The notes beneath the pieces were generated by a model. That model did not search any database and was not told the origin of the DNA. It worked only from the letters and a program-made list of their open reading frames with translations. Shown here piece by piece: positions 31,108 through 43,409 of a DNA stretch of 64,000 nucleotides. Source of the stretch: an uncultured Planctomycetaceae bacterium (lineage in GTDB: Bacteria; Planctomycetota; Planctomycetia; Pirellulales; PALSA-1355); assembly GCA_963785305.1 (NCBI GenBank), contig CAWAUV010000005.1, forward strand, positions 64,001 to 128,000. Reading direction: 5' to 3'. Position numbers and translations under genes: made by a program. How positions within the stretch are numbered: position 1 is the stretch's first letter; every line of letters begins with the position of its first letter.

Positions 31108-31351
31108 ATCAGCCGCAACGCCGTCGCCGCCGCGAGGTCGTTGCGCGGCCGCGCCGTTGTCGTCGGTGGCACACGCGTTGGTGGGCGCATCGTCGAACGA
31201 GGAGAGTCCGTCGGCGCCGGTTTCGCTTAACCGTTCTTTTGAAGTCGATGTATTGCCAGCCTCGGAGCGACCGAGGGGGGCAACATCCTTCGATCGCGAA
31301 TTTCAAGAGTCGCGCGAGTTCATTCGCCTGCCTGAAAATACTCGGCAAGCA

Positions 31352-32602
31352 TCATGGCGCCGACCGCCGCCGAGCCGCTTCGAAAGCGTCGCTGCTCGCC
31401 GTAAGCCAGCCGAGCGTGAAGCGCGCGAAAACAATGCGGCGGGCGCCATCGGCTTCGTAAAGGCAACCGAGCGAGCCATCGGGTAGCGCGACTAGGCAGG
31501 AATAGCCAAAGCTTCCGGGGCAAAGCACGCGCTTCGTCGGCCAAGTGGCCCCTTCGTCGTAGCTGACGAAGATGGCGCCATTTTCCCGCCGCGCGCTCTG
31601 GGGACCGGAATACAAAAGCCGACTCTTCCGTCCGTCGGTCGGGTCGGTGTAGCGGAGCACGGAGCCCATGCAGCTTGGGTCCATGAGTTCGGCGATGTCC
31701 TCGACCTTCGACCACGTGGCGCCGCCGTCGTGACTTACGCTGGTCTTTCGCAGTGGTTTTCCCGACCAGCGGCGGACATTGAATCGAATCTCGCCATCCT
31801 CGAGTTCGACGAATTGCGCTTCGTTCACCGTGCTCGCCGGTTTGCCTTGCTTGGTGTCGGCCAGCCCGCCCGGCGCTACTTCGCCCATGTTCCATGTCTC
31901 GCCGCCATCGTCGCTCCATACCGCGTAAATGTTCCATGCGCCGTATGGGCCCTCGTTCAGCGGAAACAGAATCCGGCCGGCATGTGGGCCGTGACGAAGC
32001 TGAATGCCGAGGCCCGGGCCACTGGCAATGGTGGTGATGCGCGTGGGCCTCTTGGTTTGGCTAGTGATGTCGCGAGGCGGCGACCAGGATTGGCCCTCGT
32101 CGTCACTGGTGATGAGCCAATTGCGCACGATGAAGTCGCCCACGTGGCCGGGCTCGATCTTGTCGCTGCCCTCGCCCAGGTTCGGCGGATAGCTTTGAAA
32201 CATGAGCAGAATTCGGCCACTCTCGCGCTCGACCAGGGCGCAAGGATTGTTCAGCGGCGCGGCGCCGCGCCGAGCGATGATCGAGCGTGGGCTCCAACTT
32301 TGTCCGCCATCAAGGCTCCGCTTCATAATGATTTTGTTCTTGGCTTGGTCCGAGTTAGCCGCGCGGCCCTCGGCGAACGCGATCACGACGCCGTGCCTTG
32401 ATACGACCACCGAAGGAATGCGAATCGCGACGAAGCCATCGGTCTGGGGCACGAATACATCGGCCAATGCCGGCGGATTCGCGGCGACTTGCCGAGGCAA
32501 ATCGGCGGTCGCCGGTTCCTCCGCTCGCGACACTCGCGGCGCAAGCATCAAGGGCGCCAATGCGAGCAGGCACGGCAGCAACACGTGGGGTCGTATCGGC
32601 AT
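31352..32602 (-). CDS. Secreted sialidase-family (GH33/BNR) protein
   Basis: Signal peptide, IRIP motif, five Asp boxes (SLDGGQSW, SDDEGQSW, SDDGGETW, SHDGGATW, SYDEGATW), NEAQ, GYS. Confidence 0.92.
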   Translation of the reverse strand: MPIRPHVLLPCLLALAPLMLAPRVSRAEEPATADLPRQVAANPPALADVFVPQTDGFVAIRIPSVVVSRHGVVIAFAEGRAANSDQAKNKIIMKRSLDGGQSWSPRSIIARRGAAPLNNPCALVERESGRILLMFQSYPPNLGEGSDKIEPGHVGDFIVRNWLITSDDEGQSWSPPRDITSQTKRPTRITTIASGPGLGIQLRHGPHAGRILFPLNEGPYGAWNIYAVWSDDGGETWNMGEVAPGGLADTKQGKPASTVNEAQFVELEDGEIRFNVRRWSGKPLRKTSVSHDGGATWSKVEDIAELMDPSCMGSVLRYTDPTDGRKSRLLYSGPQSARRENGAIFVSYDEGATWPTKRVLCPGSFGYSCLVALPDGSLGCLYEADGARRIVFARFTLGWLTASSDAFEAARRRSAP

Positions 32603-32619
32603 GATTTGGAAATCCGAAC

Positions 32620-33861
32620 TCAATTCGCCGGATGCGCGATAGCGTTGCGGCCGGTCGCGCACGCGTGGGCGGCGAGCAGAATTCGTTCCAGCGCGGCGTC
32701 GATCTCCGCGGCGGTTGTCGAGAGGCCCAGGCTGAAGCGGAGCGAGCTGCCGATGATCTCGCTCTCGCAGCCCATCGCCACCAGCACATGCGAGGGCTCG
32801 CTTGAGCCGCTCGCGCAGGCGCTGCCGGTCGAGCAGGCCAACCCGGCCAGATCGAGCGCCATGAGCATCGCCTGGCGATCGACTCCGCGAAACGCGAGGT
32901 TCGACACATGCGGCAGGCGCATCGCGCCCGAACCGTTGACCACGAGCCGCGGCCATTCGACTCGCAATCGCGATTCGAGCCGATTGCGCAGCTCGCGCAA
33001 GCGACGGGCATGTCCCGCGGCGTCGGCATGCCAAAGCTCAAGGGCCCGGCGAAATCCGATCGCCAGCACCGTCGATTCGCTGCCGGCGCGAAGCCCGTCT
33101 TGCTGGAAGCCGCCCACGATTCGCGGCGCAAGCTGTACTCCGTGGCGCAGCACCAAAGCGCCGATTCCCACCGGGCCATTGAGCTTGTGCGCGGTAATCG
33201 TCATGGCCGCGACATCGAGCGAGTGTAGGTCGATCGGCAGTTTGCCGGTGACTTGCGAGGCGTCGGTATGGAGCGGAACTCCGGCGGCGCGGCAAATGGC
33301 CGCCGCTTCATCGACCGGCTCGACCACGCCGGTCTCGTTGTTGCCGAGCATGAGGCTCACCAAGCGAGTGCGGGAATGCACGAGCCGGGCGAGCATGTCG
33401 AGATCGAAGTGGCCATCGCGCGAAACAGGCAGCCGATGCACGATCCAGCCATGCTTTTCCAGGACTTCGGCCGGCGCGAGCACCGTGGGATGCTCGATCG
33501 CGGAGACGATCAATTCATGGGGACCGGCCGCGATTTCGGTATCACTCGCCGCCGCCAGCGTGGCGCGGTGCAGGGCGAGGCCGAAGATCGCGAGATTGTT
33601 CGCCTCGGCGCCGCCGCTGGTAAAGATCACTCGATCGGGCCGGCGGCCGAGCATGTCGGCGCCCAGCATTAGCCCGATGGCTTCGCGCGCGGCGTCGAGC
33701 ATTTGACGAGCGCGGCGACCAGCGCGGTGTTGGCTGGCGGGGTTGCCATGGCCGGCGAGTTGGGCTTCGGCCATGGCGTCGGCCACTTCCGCCGCCAGCG
33801 GCGCGGTGGCGTTGTGGTCGAGATAGATTTCCTTCGGCTCGATCTTGGCTTCACGAATCAT
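32620..33861 (-). CDS. Cysteine desulfurase (IscS/NifS type)
   Basis: IYLDHNATAP, GNPASQH, FTSGG.E.NN, GNNETG, HTDASQ, AHKLNGP.G.G, CSTGSACASGS. Confidence 0.95.
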   Translation of the reverse strand: MIREAKIEPKEIYLDHNATAPLAAEVADAMAEAQLAGHGNPASQHRAGRRARQMLDAAREAIGLMLGADMLGRRPDRVIFTSGGAEANNLAIFGLALHRATLAAASDTEIAAGPHELIVSAIEHPTVLAPAEVLEKHGWIVHRLPVSRDGHFDLDMLARLVHSRTRLVSLMLGNNETGVVEPVDEAAAICRAAGVPLHTDASQVTGKLPIDLHSLDVAAMTITAHKLNGPVGIGALVLRHGVQLAPRIVGGFQQDGLRAGSESTVLAIGFRRALELWHADAAGHARRLRELRNRLESRLRVEWPRLVVNGSGAMRLPHVSNLAFRGVDRQAMLMALDLAGLACSTGSACASGSSEPSHVLVAMGCESEIIGSSLRFSLGLSTTAAEIDAALERILLAAHACATGRNAIAHPAN

Positions 33862-33900
33862 GCGGAACCTTATTTCTTGGTCGCCGCTTGGGTCGCGACG

Positions 33901-36900
33901 TTATTTCTTGACACCGTTGCTCTCTTGAACGCCGCTGACCTCTTTACCCTCGACCGCTTTGACTCCATTGACCTGGAGATCAAAATTCTTGAATCGAACC
34001 TCGGTCGGCTCGCCGGAATGCAATTGCAAGCCAAACACGCCCCGGCGAGCGCCGGCGGATCCTCGAGATCGACAGACAACTGACCATTGATCCAGGCGCG
34101 AACATGCGAGCCGCGGGCCTCTATCTCATAATGATTCCACTCGCCCGGTTTGACTAGGGCCTCGCCGCTCTTGGGCCACAAGAGGCCGCGGCCCGATTCT
34201 TCAAAGAGCTTGCCCCACCAGCCGGCGCCGATATCGGCCTGATCGCCGCGGGCCTCGCCATTGGGGAGTGCATGGCTGCGGAACTGAATCCCGCTATTGC
34301 CGCGGTTTTCCACGAGTTTCACATCGACCGAAAACAGAAAATCCTCGGCCATGAGGTCGCTAAACAAAAACTCGTTGCGCGAAATGCCAGGCGACCGACC
34401 GCATAATTCGCCATTTTCCACCGACCAATATTCCTTGGCGCCCGACCAGCCCGCGAGATCGTGGCCATTGAAAAGCGACTTCGCGTTGTCGGGAGTGGCC
34501 AGGATCGCGGTTTGGCTCGGGCTCGCCAGATACGCCACCAGCGAGCGGATATCGCGCTCCGACAGCGGCTTGAGAATCTCCTCGGGCATCATGGATTTGC
34601 TGCTCACGGCTCGCTGCTCGATATCGGACTTGGCGATCGCGAGCGTTTCGGTCGGAGTGACGAGCTTGAGCGAGCTCGCGTCTTCGTCGCGCACAAGGCC
34701 GATCAGGGTGCGGCCATCGGTGGTCACAATCACCTGCGCCAGATAGTCCTTGCCGATCACGGCGCTCGGGTCGACGATATTCGAAAGCACATAGTCGAGA
34801 TTCGCGCGATTCGAGCCGGTAAGCTCGGGCCCCACTTTGCCGCCGACGCCGAAGAGGGTATGACACTGAGCGCAGGTCTTGGCGAACACCGCCCGGCCCA
34901 AGGCCAAGTCGGGCGCATTGTCCGTGGCGGGCGCATTTGACAACATCTTGCGAAGTTGCCCGATCTGTTTGGCGCGGTCGGCCGAGGTTTCGTTGAGGCT
35001 GCCCCAGAGGCGGGTCAACTCGGAGTCGATCTTTTCATCTTTCAAGTTGTGCAACTGCCGAGCGATGTCGGCCGAGAGGTCGGAGGCGGCGATCTCTTTT
35101 CGGTCGACGGCCGCGAGCAGCGCCCGGCCCGAATCGCGGCGGGCGGCGAGCGTGCCGAGGGCGTCGCGGCGATCGCTCGGCGAAAGATTCGCATAGGCGG
35201 CGATCATGAGCGGCGCGGTTCGCGGATCGTCGAAGGCGGCAAGACCGCGAATCGCGGGGCCGGCCAGCGCCGGGTTCGCAATCAAGCGTTGCAACGCGGC
35301 CGCAAGCGCCGGCGGGCGGGGCTTGAGCAACGAGGCGAGCGCTTCTTGCGCATGGCCAGCGGCGCCGATTCGTCGCTCAATTGCGCGATCCGGGCCGCGG
35401 TCGCCGAAGGATCGCCAAAGGTGAGCGCGAGCGTCATCGCCTCGGCGCGCACTTCGGTGTTGGGACTCGCCGAGAGCCTCGCATGGATCGCCGACCAACC
35501 GGCCGGCGCGGGCAGCGATCGCTGGGCGATCAGTGCTTGATTCATCGCGCGCAGCACCAACAGTTGCATCGGCGCCGCCTCGGCCGCGTTCGTGCTTTCG
35601 CTGCCCAATAGGCTCGTGGTCAGGGTCGCGAGCGCTCCGGCTTCGGCCGGCTGGGCGATGCGTCGCACCAAATTGCTCCGCAGCTTGGAAATCTCGATAT
35701 GCGGCCACAGCGCGAGCGCCGCGCTCGGATCGGCGGCGGCCACCGACTCGAGCGCGTACCAATCCATGGCCGGCAAATTATGGTCGCCGCTGTCTTCTTC
35801 ATGCCCCAATAGCCCGCGCAAAATCGGCGGCCGCGCCGCGAGCGGCAATCGTTGACAGGCGCTCGCCAAGTAGAGCCGCACCACAGGCGAAGGATCGTTG
35901 ACCGCCAGTTGAGCGAAACGCTCGAGCGCCGCCGCCGAGGGCGCGCCCACTTCGCAAGCCAACTGCACCAGCCACGCGCGAACCAGCGGGCTATCATTTC
36001 CCAGGCCGGCGAGGATCGTGGCTTCGTCGAGCCCCTGGACCGCCGAAAGCGTCCACAGAGCCCGCAACCGCCGGGTTTCGTCGGCATGCGCCAGGGCGAG
36101 CTCGCGCAGCGTGGCCCGCACCGCGGGCCGCGCGCCGCGCTCTTGCAATATCCGCCGCGCATGCCGCGCGAACCAATCATTCGGATGCAATTGCAATCCG
36201 ACGAGCTCTTCGTCGGAAAGTTGCTTGAGATCGAGCGATTTCGGATCGGCCGGGTCGGCGTGAGGCACGACCGGCGGGGCGGTCGACGACGGCGCCTCCG
36301 GTATGCACGATCTTGAATATCCGGCCGTTCGAGCGGTCGTGGCCCGGCACGTTGCCGTGGTGGCATTGATTGCGGTCGTACCAGTCGATCATGGTCGCTT
36401 GGCCATCGGGGCCGTAGGTCAGATAGAGAATCTGCGACCATTGATCGTTGGCCATCAAAAAGTCGGGCGCCCGATCGCCATGGTAGCCCGAGCCTTGGGC
36501 GAAGAGATGGTCTTCGTTGAGCCGGGCGCCGTGGATGTTGTTCATGAATATCTGGTCGCGATATTCGGCGGGCCAATTGCCGCCCAGGTAGATCATGGCG
36601 CCGGCGTGGGCATGCCCACCGCCCGATGTGTCGGAGCGCCCGTTGCCAGCGTGCGGTCCGCCGCCGCCGCCCCAGTGGCGATGCTTGGCGATCGTGTCGA
36701 TTTCGTCGTAGGTATAATTGTTGAAATGTGAACCGGCTTGGCGAATGTAGCGTCCGTTTTGAATCACGTGATACAAGTGCGGAATCACGCAAGCGGTGAG
36801 AAAGGCTTGCCCGCGATCGTTGAAGTCCACGCCCCAGGGGTTGCTCGTGCCTTGGGCAAATACTTCGAACACATGTCGCGTGGGATGGTAGCGCCAAATG

Positions 36901-38075
36901 CCCGCGTTGATCGGAGTGCGCTCCGAATCGGCGGCGCCGGGCTTGCCGACGCGCGAGTGCGTGAATACTCCATGACAGCCATAGAGCCAGCCGTCGGGGC
37001 CCCAGATAAACGAGTTCAAGGTTTCGTGCGTGTCTTGGTAGCCCCAGCCGTCGAGCAAAACTTGCGGCGGGCCATCGGGCCGATCGTCGCCGTCGGCGTC
37101 GGGAATGAACAGAAAGTTCGGCGCCGCCCCGACCCACACTCCGCCAAAGCCTACTTCCAATCCGCTCACTAAGTTCAGCTTTTCCGCGAAAACCTTGCGC
37201 GTGTCGAAATGCCCGTCGCCGTTGGTGTCCTCGAAAATCAGAATCCGATCCTTGGCTTCGCTCTCGGGCACGCGCACCGGATAGGAATACGCTTCGGCCA
37301 CCCAGAGCCGGCCGCGGTCGTCGATCGCCATGGCGATGGGCTGTTGCACATCGGGTTCGGCGGCGAATAGTCTCACTTCGAAGCCGGGCGGCACGCTCAT
37401 GGCCCGCGCGGCGTCGAGCGGGGCGAGACCGGCCGCGAGGAAATGATCGCCCGGCGCCGCCGCTTTTTCGACCACGATATTCGGTCGCACTCCATGCAAC
37501 CGGAAATCATCGAAATTGATATGTCCCCAGCCCGCTTGGCTTTGATCCACGAGCCGAATTCGCATCGACTGGCCGACGAAGCGCGACAGATCGACGATCA
37601 CCGGGACCATGTCTTCTTTATGTGTGCCCGAAGACCGAAACACGACCTTATCGTCGACGATCAGTTCGACGCGCGTCGATTCACCGTCGCCGCCGCCAAT
37701 CAGAAAACTGGCGAATGGCTTGGAGACGATGAACGGCTTGCTGGTAAGCGTGCCTTGCCCCGGATCACCATGCCGTTCGTAGCCGCCGATCCACCATTTG
37801 CCGGCGTGGCGGCTCCGCATATCGCCCCGCCGCGGAGCCACGGTATCGCCTTCGATCGGCTGATCGGCGAAGGCGTCGCCGGTTGCTTCCCAATCGGCGA
37901 GCGTGCCGGATTCGAAATCGGTATCGAGCGGTTTGCCATCGGCGCCGAGGGGGAGCTCACCGCCGCGTGCGGCCGGTTGCGATTGAGCCCATGCGCCGTT
38001 CATGGCGACGGTCGAAAGAACAAGGCCCAAGAGCGTGGGGACGATGACACCTGGAACGATGACACCTCGAAGCAT
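33901..38075 (-). CDS. PVC-type heme-binding CxxCH protein (propeller + HEAT repeats + cytochrome c + DUF1080); frameshifts ~36260, ~35350, ~34050
   Basis: FEV.LFAAEPDV.QP, DDRGRLWVAE..SYP, WGPDGWLYG, SNPWG.DF, CAQCH, GPELTG, DUF1080 LFNG.DL.GW...NSGIQFRS...GLQLHSG...VRFKN; corrected frame stops at 33901. Confidence 0.88.
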
Positions 38076-38279
38076 GTTGAATCAACTCCATACGACGACT
38101 TGGGGGGCGCGGGGCTCGGCGGGGGATAAGCCACTGGGAGCATGAATGTATCATGATAGCCAGCGACCTTCCGGCATGCGACGCGCCCGCCAGCGCCGCC
38201 AAAAAAACGCTGCCCCGCCCGAAGGTGGTGCAGCGTCGCATGGGGTGTGTTTTGAACCTATCCGAGACCCGTTCGGGGA

Positions 38280-39609
38280 TTACGAAGGAGTCGTCGCGGC
38301 CGGTTGTTGCGGCTCGGCGCCGTTGGCGGGCGCTTGCGGCGGCTTGGGCACCGGAACCGGCGCGACGCCGATCTTGTCGCCCATATAGTTCCGCAACAAG
38401 GCGATGAATGGATCCTTCGGCTGGAGTTTGCCGGCTTGATCCAATTCCGTGACGGCCTGCTTCGGATATCCCAGGAATCCATAATGATAGCCGAGCAAGA
38501 AGTGCAGTCCGGCCGAATTCGGATTCGACTTCGCCGCGCTCTCAAGCGACTTCAACTGGTTGTTGTAATCCAGCGGCTGACCATAGAGCTCCTTGTAGTT
38601 CTGCACGACCGCTCCCCACTGAGCCTCGGGCAGATAATTGAACGATGCGGCTGTAATCATGGCCGCCGGCTCGAATTGCCCGGTGGCGAAGAGTCGCCTG
38701 ACCGAGCAGCAAGCCGGTGCCCGCGGCGTTGGGATTGTCGATCAGGGCATGTTTGAAATCCGTGACAGCCTGTTGATATTGGCCGGTTCGGAAATCGTTT
38801 TCGCCCTTCATTTCGAAATCGGTTGCGCCCGCGGCGTTGGGCGTTTGATTGCCCACGGTGTTGGGGGCGCTGGCCGAATAATATCCGTTGTTGCCGTAGC
38901 TATTTCCATAGCCACCGTAACCTCCGCCGCCATAGCCACCGCCGTAGCCTCCATAACCGCCCATCCCCATCATGCCCATGCCGCCGAAGCTGCCTAGGCC
39001 ATAGCCGAGCAGAAAGCCGCCGAGGCCGCCGCCGTAGCCATATCCGCCATAGCCCAAGCCGCCATAGCCCAAGCCGCCATAGCCCAAGCCGCCATAGCCC
39101 ATTCCGCCATAGCCCATGCCCCCGTAGCCGGGATAACGACCGTTTCCGCCATGGGCGCCGCCGTAGCCGCCGCGATATCCGACGCCATGGCCGCCGTTTT
39201 GCGCGAATGCGCCGCGGTTGCCGTAAAACGCCGAATTCGCGCGGGCCACATTGCCGCGACCCGCTAGGCCGCCAACATTCCCGCGGCCGGCCATCGGGCC
39301 CATGTGCCCGCCGCCCACTCCGGCGCCATAAGCCCCACGATAACCGCCGTTGGCCACGCCACCGCGGTAACCGCCTCCGTAGCTTCCGCGGAATCCGCCG
39401 GCATAGCCGCGGGACCCTCCGCCGCCGTAGCCACGAAAACCACCGCCACCGCCGTGGTACCCACCTCCACCGCCGTGGAAGCCACCTCCGCCTCCGCCGC
39501 CATGCCCACCGCCACCTCCGCCTCCTCCGCCACCGTGCGCCCGAGCGCTGGCGGGCGTCATGAGTAGCGCAAGCGCGGCCAAGTATCTGGCGAATGTTCG
39601 AAGTCTCAT
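38280..39609 (-). CDS. Secreted Gly/Tyr-rich protein with C-terminal TPR region (frameshift ~38690)
   Basis: Signal peptide ASARA|HGGG, long GGY/GYGG low-complexity tract, then GE..FR.G.Y..A...F.HA and FLLGYHY.FLG...A. Confidence 0.8.
39044..39120 (-). repeat. 15-bp coding tandem repeat (5 copies, GYGG[L/M])
   Basis: CCGCCATAGCCCAAG units on the plus strand. Confidence 0.85.
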
Positions 39610-39924
39610 GGTAATGCTCCCCACGGCTATGGAAAAAGTATTTGGATCGCGAACGGATAACGACAAAGAAAAAAATCGCTCGCCTTGATACCGAAGCTAA
39701 TGCACACTGCATGCCGAGCAAAGGGCCGACGGCATAAATCGCCGGCCGAGGCCAGTTTTCGGCCTTTTCCGTCCAAGGTTTTCGGGTCGCGACAACGGAA
39801 CGACGCGGGAGACGTTGAATTCGAATTCCGCAATGCTGGTTGGCGAACGGCCACCGGGGTAGCTAGAAGATCGGCGAAGGCCGTTCGCCGAACGAGTTTT
39901 CTAACATCGCCGAAAGGCGCCTGC

Positions 39925-39945
39925 GGGGAGAGGGTAGGGCGAGGG
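39925..39945 (+). repeat. REP-like element, partial copy
   Basis: GGGGAGAGGGTAGGGCGAGGG, matching the right half of copy 1. Confidence 0.4.
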
Positions 39946-39994
39946 CTCGACGAAGTTCCTGGATAGGCTCTTAAAAAGACATCGCCGAGACAAA

Positions 39995-41650
39995 TCAGTG
40001 TCCGCCGTGCTGCTCGCCGGGCTTCATTTTTCGCAGCAGCAACACCACCGGCACGACCGCCAGCGCCGTCCACGCCAGGACACGGAAAATATCAATGTAG
40101 GACAGCACGAGCGCCTGAAGTTGCATCTCCCGCTCGATCACCGCGATCGCCGACTGCGGTCGGCCGGGATACAGGCCGCCAAGCTGTTCAAGCGCGTGGC
40201 GATAGTTGAAGTCATAGGGCGTGAGTTTGCTGACCAAACGCGCTTGGTGGAACTGGCTGCGCCGCGCAAGCATGGTTTGCACCATGGAAATGCCCACGCT
40301 GCCACCCAAATTGCGCGAAAGGTTAATCAGCGCCGAAGCGTTGTTGTTCTTTCCGGGCGGAAGCCCGACGTAGGCCACGGTCGACACCGGAATAAATAGA
40401 AACGCGATGCCTGCCGCTTGAATAACGCGATAGCCCGCCACATTGCGAAAAGCCACTTCCGACGTGAGGCCGCTCATGAGCCACATCGCCCCGAACTCGA
40501 CCAGCAGGCCAAACGCGATCAAGGTCCGCGGTTGCACGCGGCTGGTCAGATAGCCCGCCACCGGCATCGCCAGCATCACGGCGAAGCCGCCGGGGGTAAT
40601 CACGAGCCCGGCCCAGGTGGCGGTGTAGCCGAGCACCTGTTGCACGAACTGCGGCAATAGTTGCGTGGTGCTGAACAGAATGAAACCGACGGCAAACATC
40701 ACCAGATTGGCCCCCGCGAAGCCGCGATTGCCGAGCAAGTGCAGGTCCACGATCGGATCCTCGCGCTTCAATTCCCAAACGACCAGCGTGAGAATCGAGA
40801 TGGCCGAGACGATCGAAAAGCCGAGAATCAGGTTCGAGGCGAACCAATCGTCGCGCTGTCCCTTGTCGAGCACCAATTGCAGGCACCCAAGCCCCAGGGC
40901 CACGAGCCCAAAGCCGACATAATCGACCCGCAATCCCTTTGCCCGCATTCGCTGCCGGCGGCGCGTCTCGGCTTCGGGTTCCGTGAGCACGTAGTGGCTT
41001 AGGGCGAGCGACACGAGTCCGACCGGCACATTGATAAAAAACACCCAGTGCCAACTGTAGTTGTCGGTGATCCAGCCGCCGAGCGTGGGCCCCACGGCCG
41101 GCGCCACCACCACGGCGATGCCATAGAGCGCGAAGGCCATGCCCCGCTGCCGCGGCGGAAACGAATCGGCCAAAATCGACTGTTCGCTCGGCGCCAGACC
41201 GCCACCGCCGATGCCCTGAAAAATGCGAAAGATAATCAGCCATGTGAGCGAGGGAGCGAATCCGCACAGCGCGGAGCTTATGGTAAACAACGCCACGCAA
41301 CCCATGTAAAACGGCTTGCGGCCGATGACCGTGGCCAGCCATCCGCTGATCGGCAGCACAATCGCGTTGGCGACTAGGTAACTGGTGAGCACCCAGGTCG
41401 ATTCGTCGACACTCGCCGCCAGACTGCCGGCGATGTGCTGCAGCGACACGTTGGCAATGCTCGTGTCGAGCGCCTCCATGAAGGTGGCCATCGATACCAC
41501 AATCGCCACCAGCCAAGGATTGTGGCGGCCCGCCAACGAGAGCGAGCCCTCGACTTCTTCCTCGTCGCCGGAGTCGGATTGCGCCGCGGGCGCGTCCCGC
41601 GGCGCTTCGTCGTCTCGCGGGCCCGTTTTTGTCGCGGCGGCGTGCATCAC
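39995..41650 (-). CDS. DHA2-family MFS efflux permease (EmrB-like)
   Basis: TFME.LD.SIANV, WVLTSYL, FR..QG.GGG...P, GP.LGG.ITD..SW.W.F.INVP, LDKGQ..DWF, N..RNLGGS.G. Confidence 0.95.
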   Translation of the reverse strand: MMHAAATKTGPRDDEAPRDAPAAQSDSGDEEEVEGSLSLAGRHNPWLVAIVVSMATFMEALDTSIANVSLQHIAGSLAASVDESTWVLTSYLVANAIVLPISGWLATVIGRKPFYMGCVALFTISSALCGFAPSLTWLIIFRIFQGIGGGGLAPSEQSILADSFPPRQRGMAFALYGIAVVVAPAVGPTLGGWITDNYSWHWVFFINVPVGLVSLALSHYVLTEPEAETRRRQRMRAKGLRVDYVGFGLVALGLGCLQLVLDKGQRDDWFASNLILGFSIVSAISILTLVVWELKREDPIVDLHLLGNRGFAGANLVMFAVGFILFSTTQLLPQFVQQVLGYTATWAGLVITPGGFAVMLAMPVAGYLTSRVQPRTLIAFGLLVEFGAMWLMSGLTSEVAFRNVAGYRVIQAAGIAFLFIPVSTVAYVGLPPGKNNNASALINLSRNLGGSVGISMVQTMLARRSQFHQARLVSKLTPYDFNYRHALEQLGGLYPGRPQSAIAVIEREMQLQALVLSYIDIFRVLAWTALAVVPVVLLLRKMKPGEQHGGH

Positions 41651-41695
41651 GGAGGCCTTCTGAAAAGGTGGCGAAGCCGCCTCGCTCGGAGACGG

Positions 41696-43040
41696 TTATC
41701 GCACCGTGACCTGGGGCTCGACCGACATGCCCGGCCCGAGCACCATATCGCTGGGCCGCGGCTCGTCGAACACGATCTTCACCGGCACGCGCTGCACGAC
41801 TTTCACATAGTTGCCCGTCGCGTTTTCGGCCGGCAGCAGACTAAAGCTGCGCGCCGCTGCCACGCTGAAAACTATCGACATGCGCCCGCAGTGGGCGATC
41901 GGGATAGGCGTCGATCGAAACCACGACCGGCTGCCCGATGCGCATGGTCGTCAGTTGGGTCTCCTTGAAATTCGCGGTGACCCAAACCTCGGGATCGACG
42001 AGAGCGAAGAGCGGTTGGCCGCCGGTCAGATAATCACCTTGCTCGACCGTGCGATGCGTGACACGGCCGGTTATGGGCGCGACCACGTGGGCATACGACA
42101 AATTCAGTTCGGCCGCTTGAATTCTCACGCGGGCCTCCTGCAATTCGGCCTGGGCCGTCGTGTGCTGGAATCGGGCCAATTCGATCTGTGCATTGGCCAG
42201 GGCAACGCGCGCGTTGGCCGCCGCGAGCTGGGCGGTGTTCGATCGCGCCGTGGCGGTCGACGCGTCGAGCGACTGCTGGCTCACGGCTCCGCGCGGCGCG
42301 AGCTTCTTGTTCTGCGCCAGATCGATCTCGGAATTGTCGCTCATGGCCTGGGCGGCAACCACATCGGCCTTGGCCCCGACCGCTTGCGCCTGGGCGGCGG
42401 CGATCTGAGCTTCGGCCTGCGCGAGCTTGCCCTGGGCCGTGGCTTCGGCTGCCTTGGCTTGTTCGAGCGACACCTGAAATTCGCGCGGATCGATCTCGAG
42501 CAGTAGATCGCCGGCGTGGACGAGCTCATTGTCCTTGACCCGCAGGCTGACGACATAGCCTGCGACTTTCGATGCCATTTGCACGATGTGGCCATCGATA
42601 AAGGCGTCGTCGGTGTCTTCGAAATGCCTGGCGTGGAGCCAATACGCCACGCCCCCAATCACGACCACCGCGGCCACCGCCGCGATCGCCGCCGCGCGGA
42701 GCAGCTTTTGCCGCCGCGAGAGGGGTGGCTTCGCGTCGTCGTTCGAAGGATCGTCGGCCGAGGCATTATTCCGGCCCGGCGTCTCCTGGGCCCGCTCATC
42801 ATGGCGCCGAGACACTTGGGCGCCATCGCCCTCCCCGGAACGATCGCTTGGCTCGCCCTGGCGCTTCGGCCCGCGCGCCGCGCCGGGCGTCGAGTGCGAA
42901 GGTTGTGCTGGGTCGACTTCAGGCGAATCCATTCGCCGCCCGCGCCGCACAGTCGACTGTTCCTCGCTGGGGGCCGCCGCCACGGGCGGCAGGGCCGCTT
43001 GGTTTTCCGACGTAAGCAGTTTCTGAGTCGGCGTTTGCAT
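41696..43040 (-). CDS. HlyD/EmrA-family membrane fusion protein (frameshift ~41845)
   Basis: TM segment then TDDAFIDG, V.DN..V..GD.L..ID, APITG.V, ANFKETQL, FSLLPAENATGNYVKVVQRVPVKI. Confidence 0.93.
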
Positions 43041-43380
43041 GGATGCAGCTCACTTGCGTTCTTTCGCCCCGGAATCTCTTGAACCGCGCTGACCTTATCC
43101 CGTTTGCAAACAGGCCGTCGCGTGCCGACTGGTGCGATCGAATATGTTAGCTGCAAAAACGGGGCCAAATTAGTTAGGATGCTAATGGAATTCTACGCGA
43201 AATCTACTCTTTCCGCGATTTTACGACCAGATGAATTGAAATTCCCCCGCCCGAGCGCCCGAGCGGGCGTGAAAAGTGGCGCGATACAAGCGGACGCGGT
43301 GGTCTATTTCCGCACATGCTTCGGCCGCCTCGCCCGGCGTTCGAGCGGAATCGATTGTTAAAAAGTTGCGAACGGCTGGG

Positions 43381-43409
43381 TTGAAAGATTCCTTCCCTCG
43401 CGGTAGATT
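43381..43409 (+). promoter_or_regulatory. Putative sigma70 promoter of rplM-rpsI
   Basis: TTGAAA-N17-TAGATT, ~100 nt upstream of rplM. Confidence 0.55.

Noticed and set aside
39044..39120. Short tandem repeats here and at 13210-13260 as CRISPR arrays
   Set aside because: 15-bp period, no unique spacers, inside coding sequence, no cas genes.
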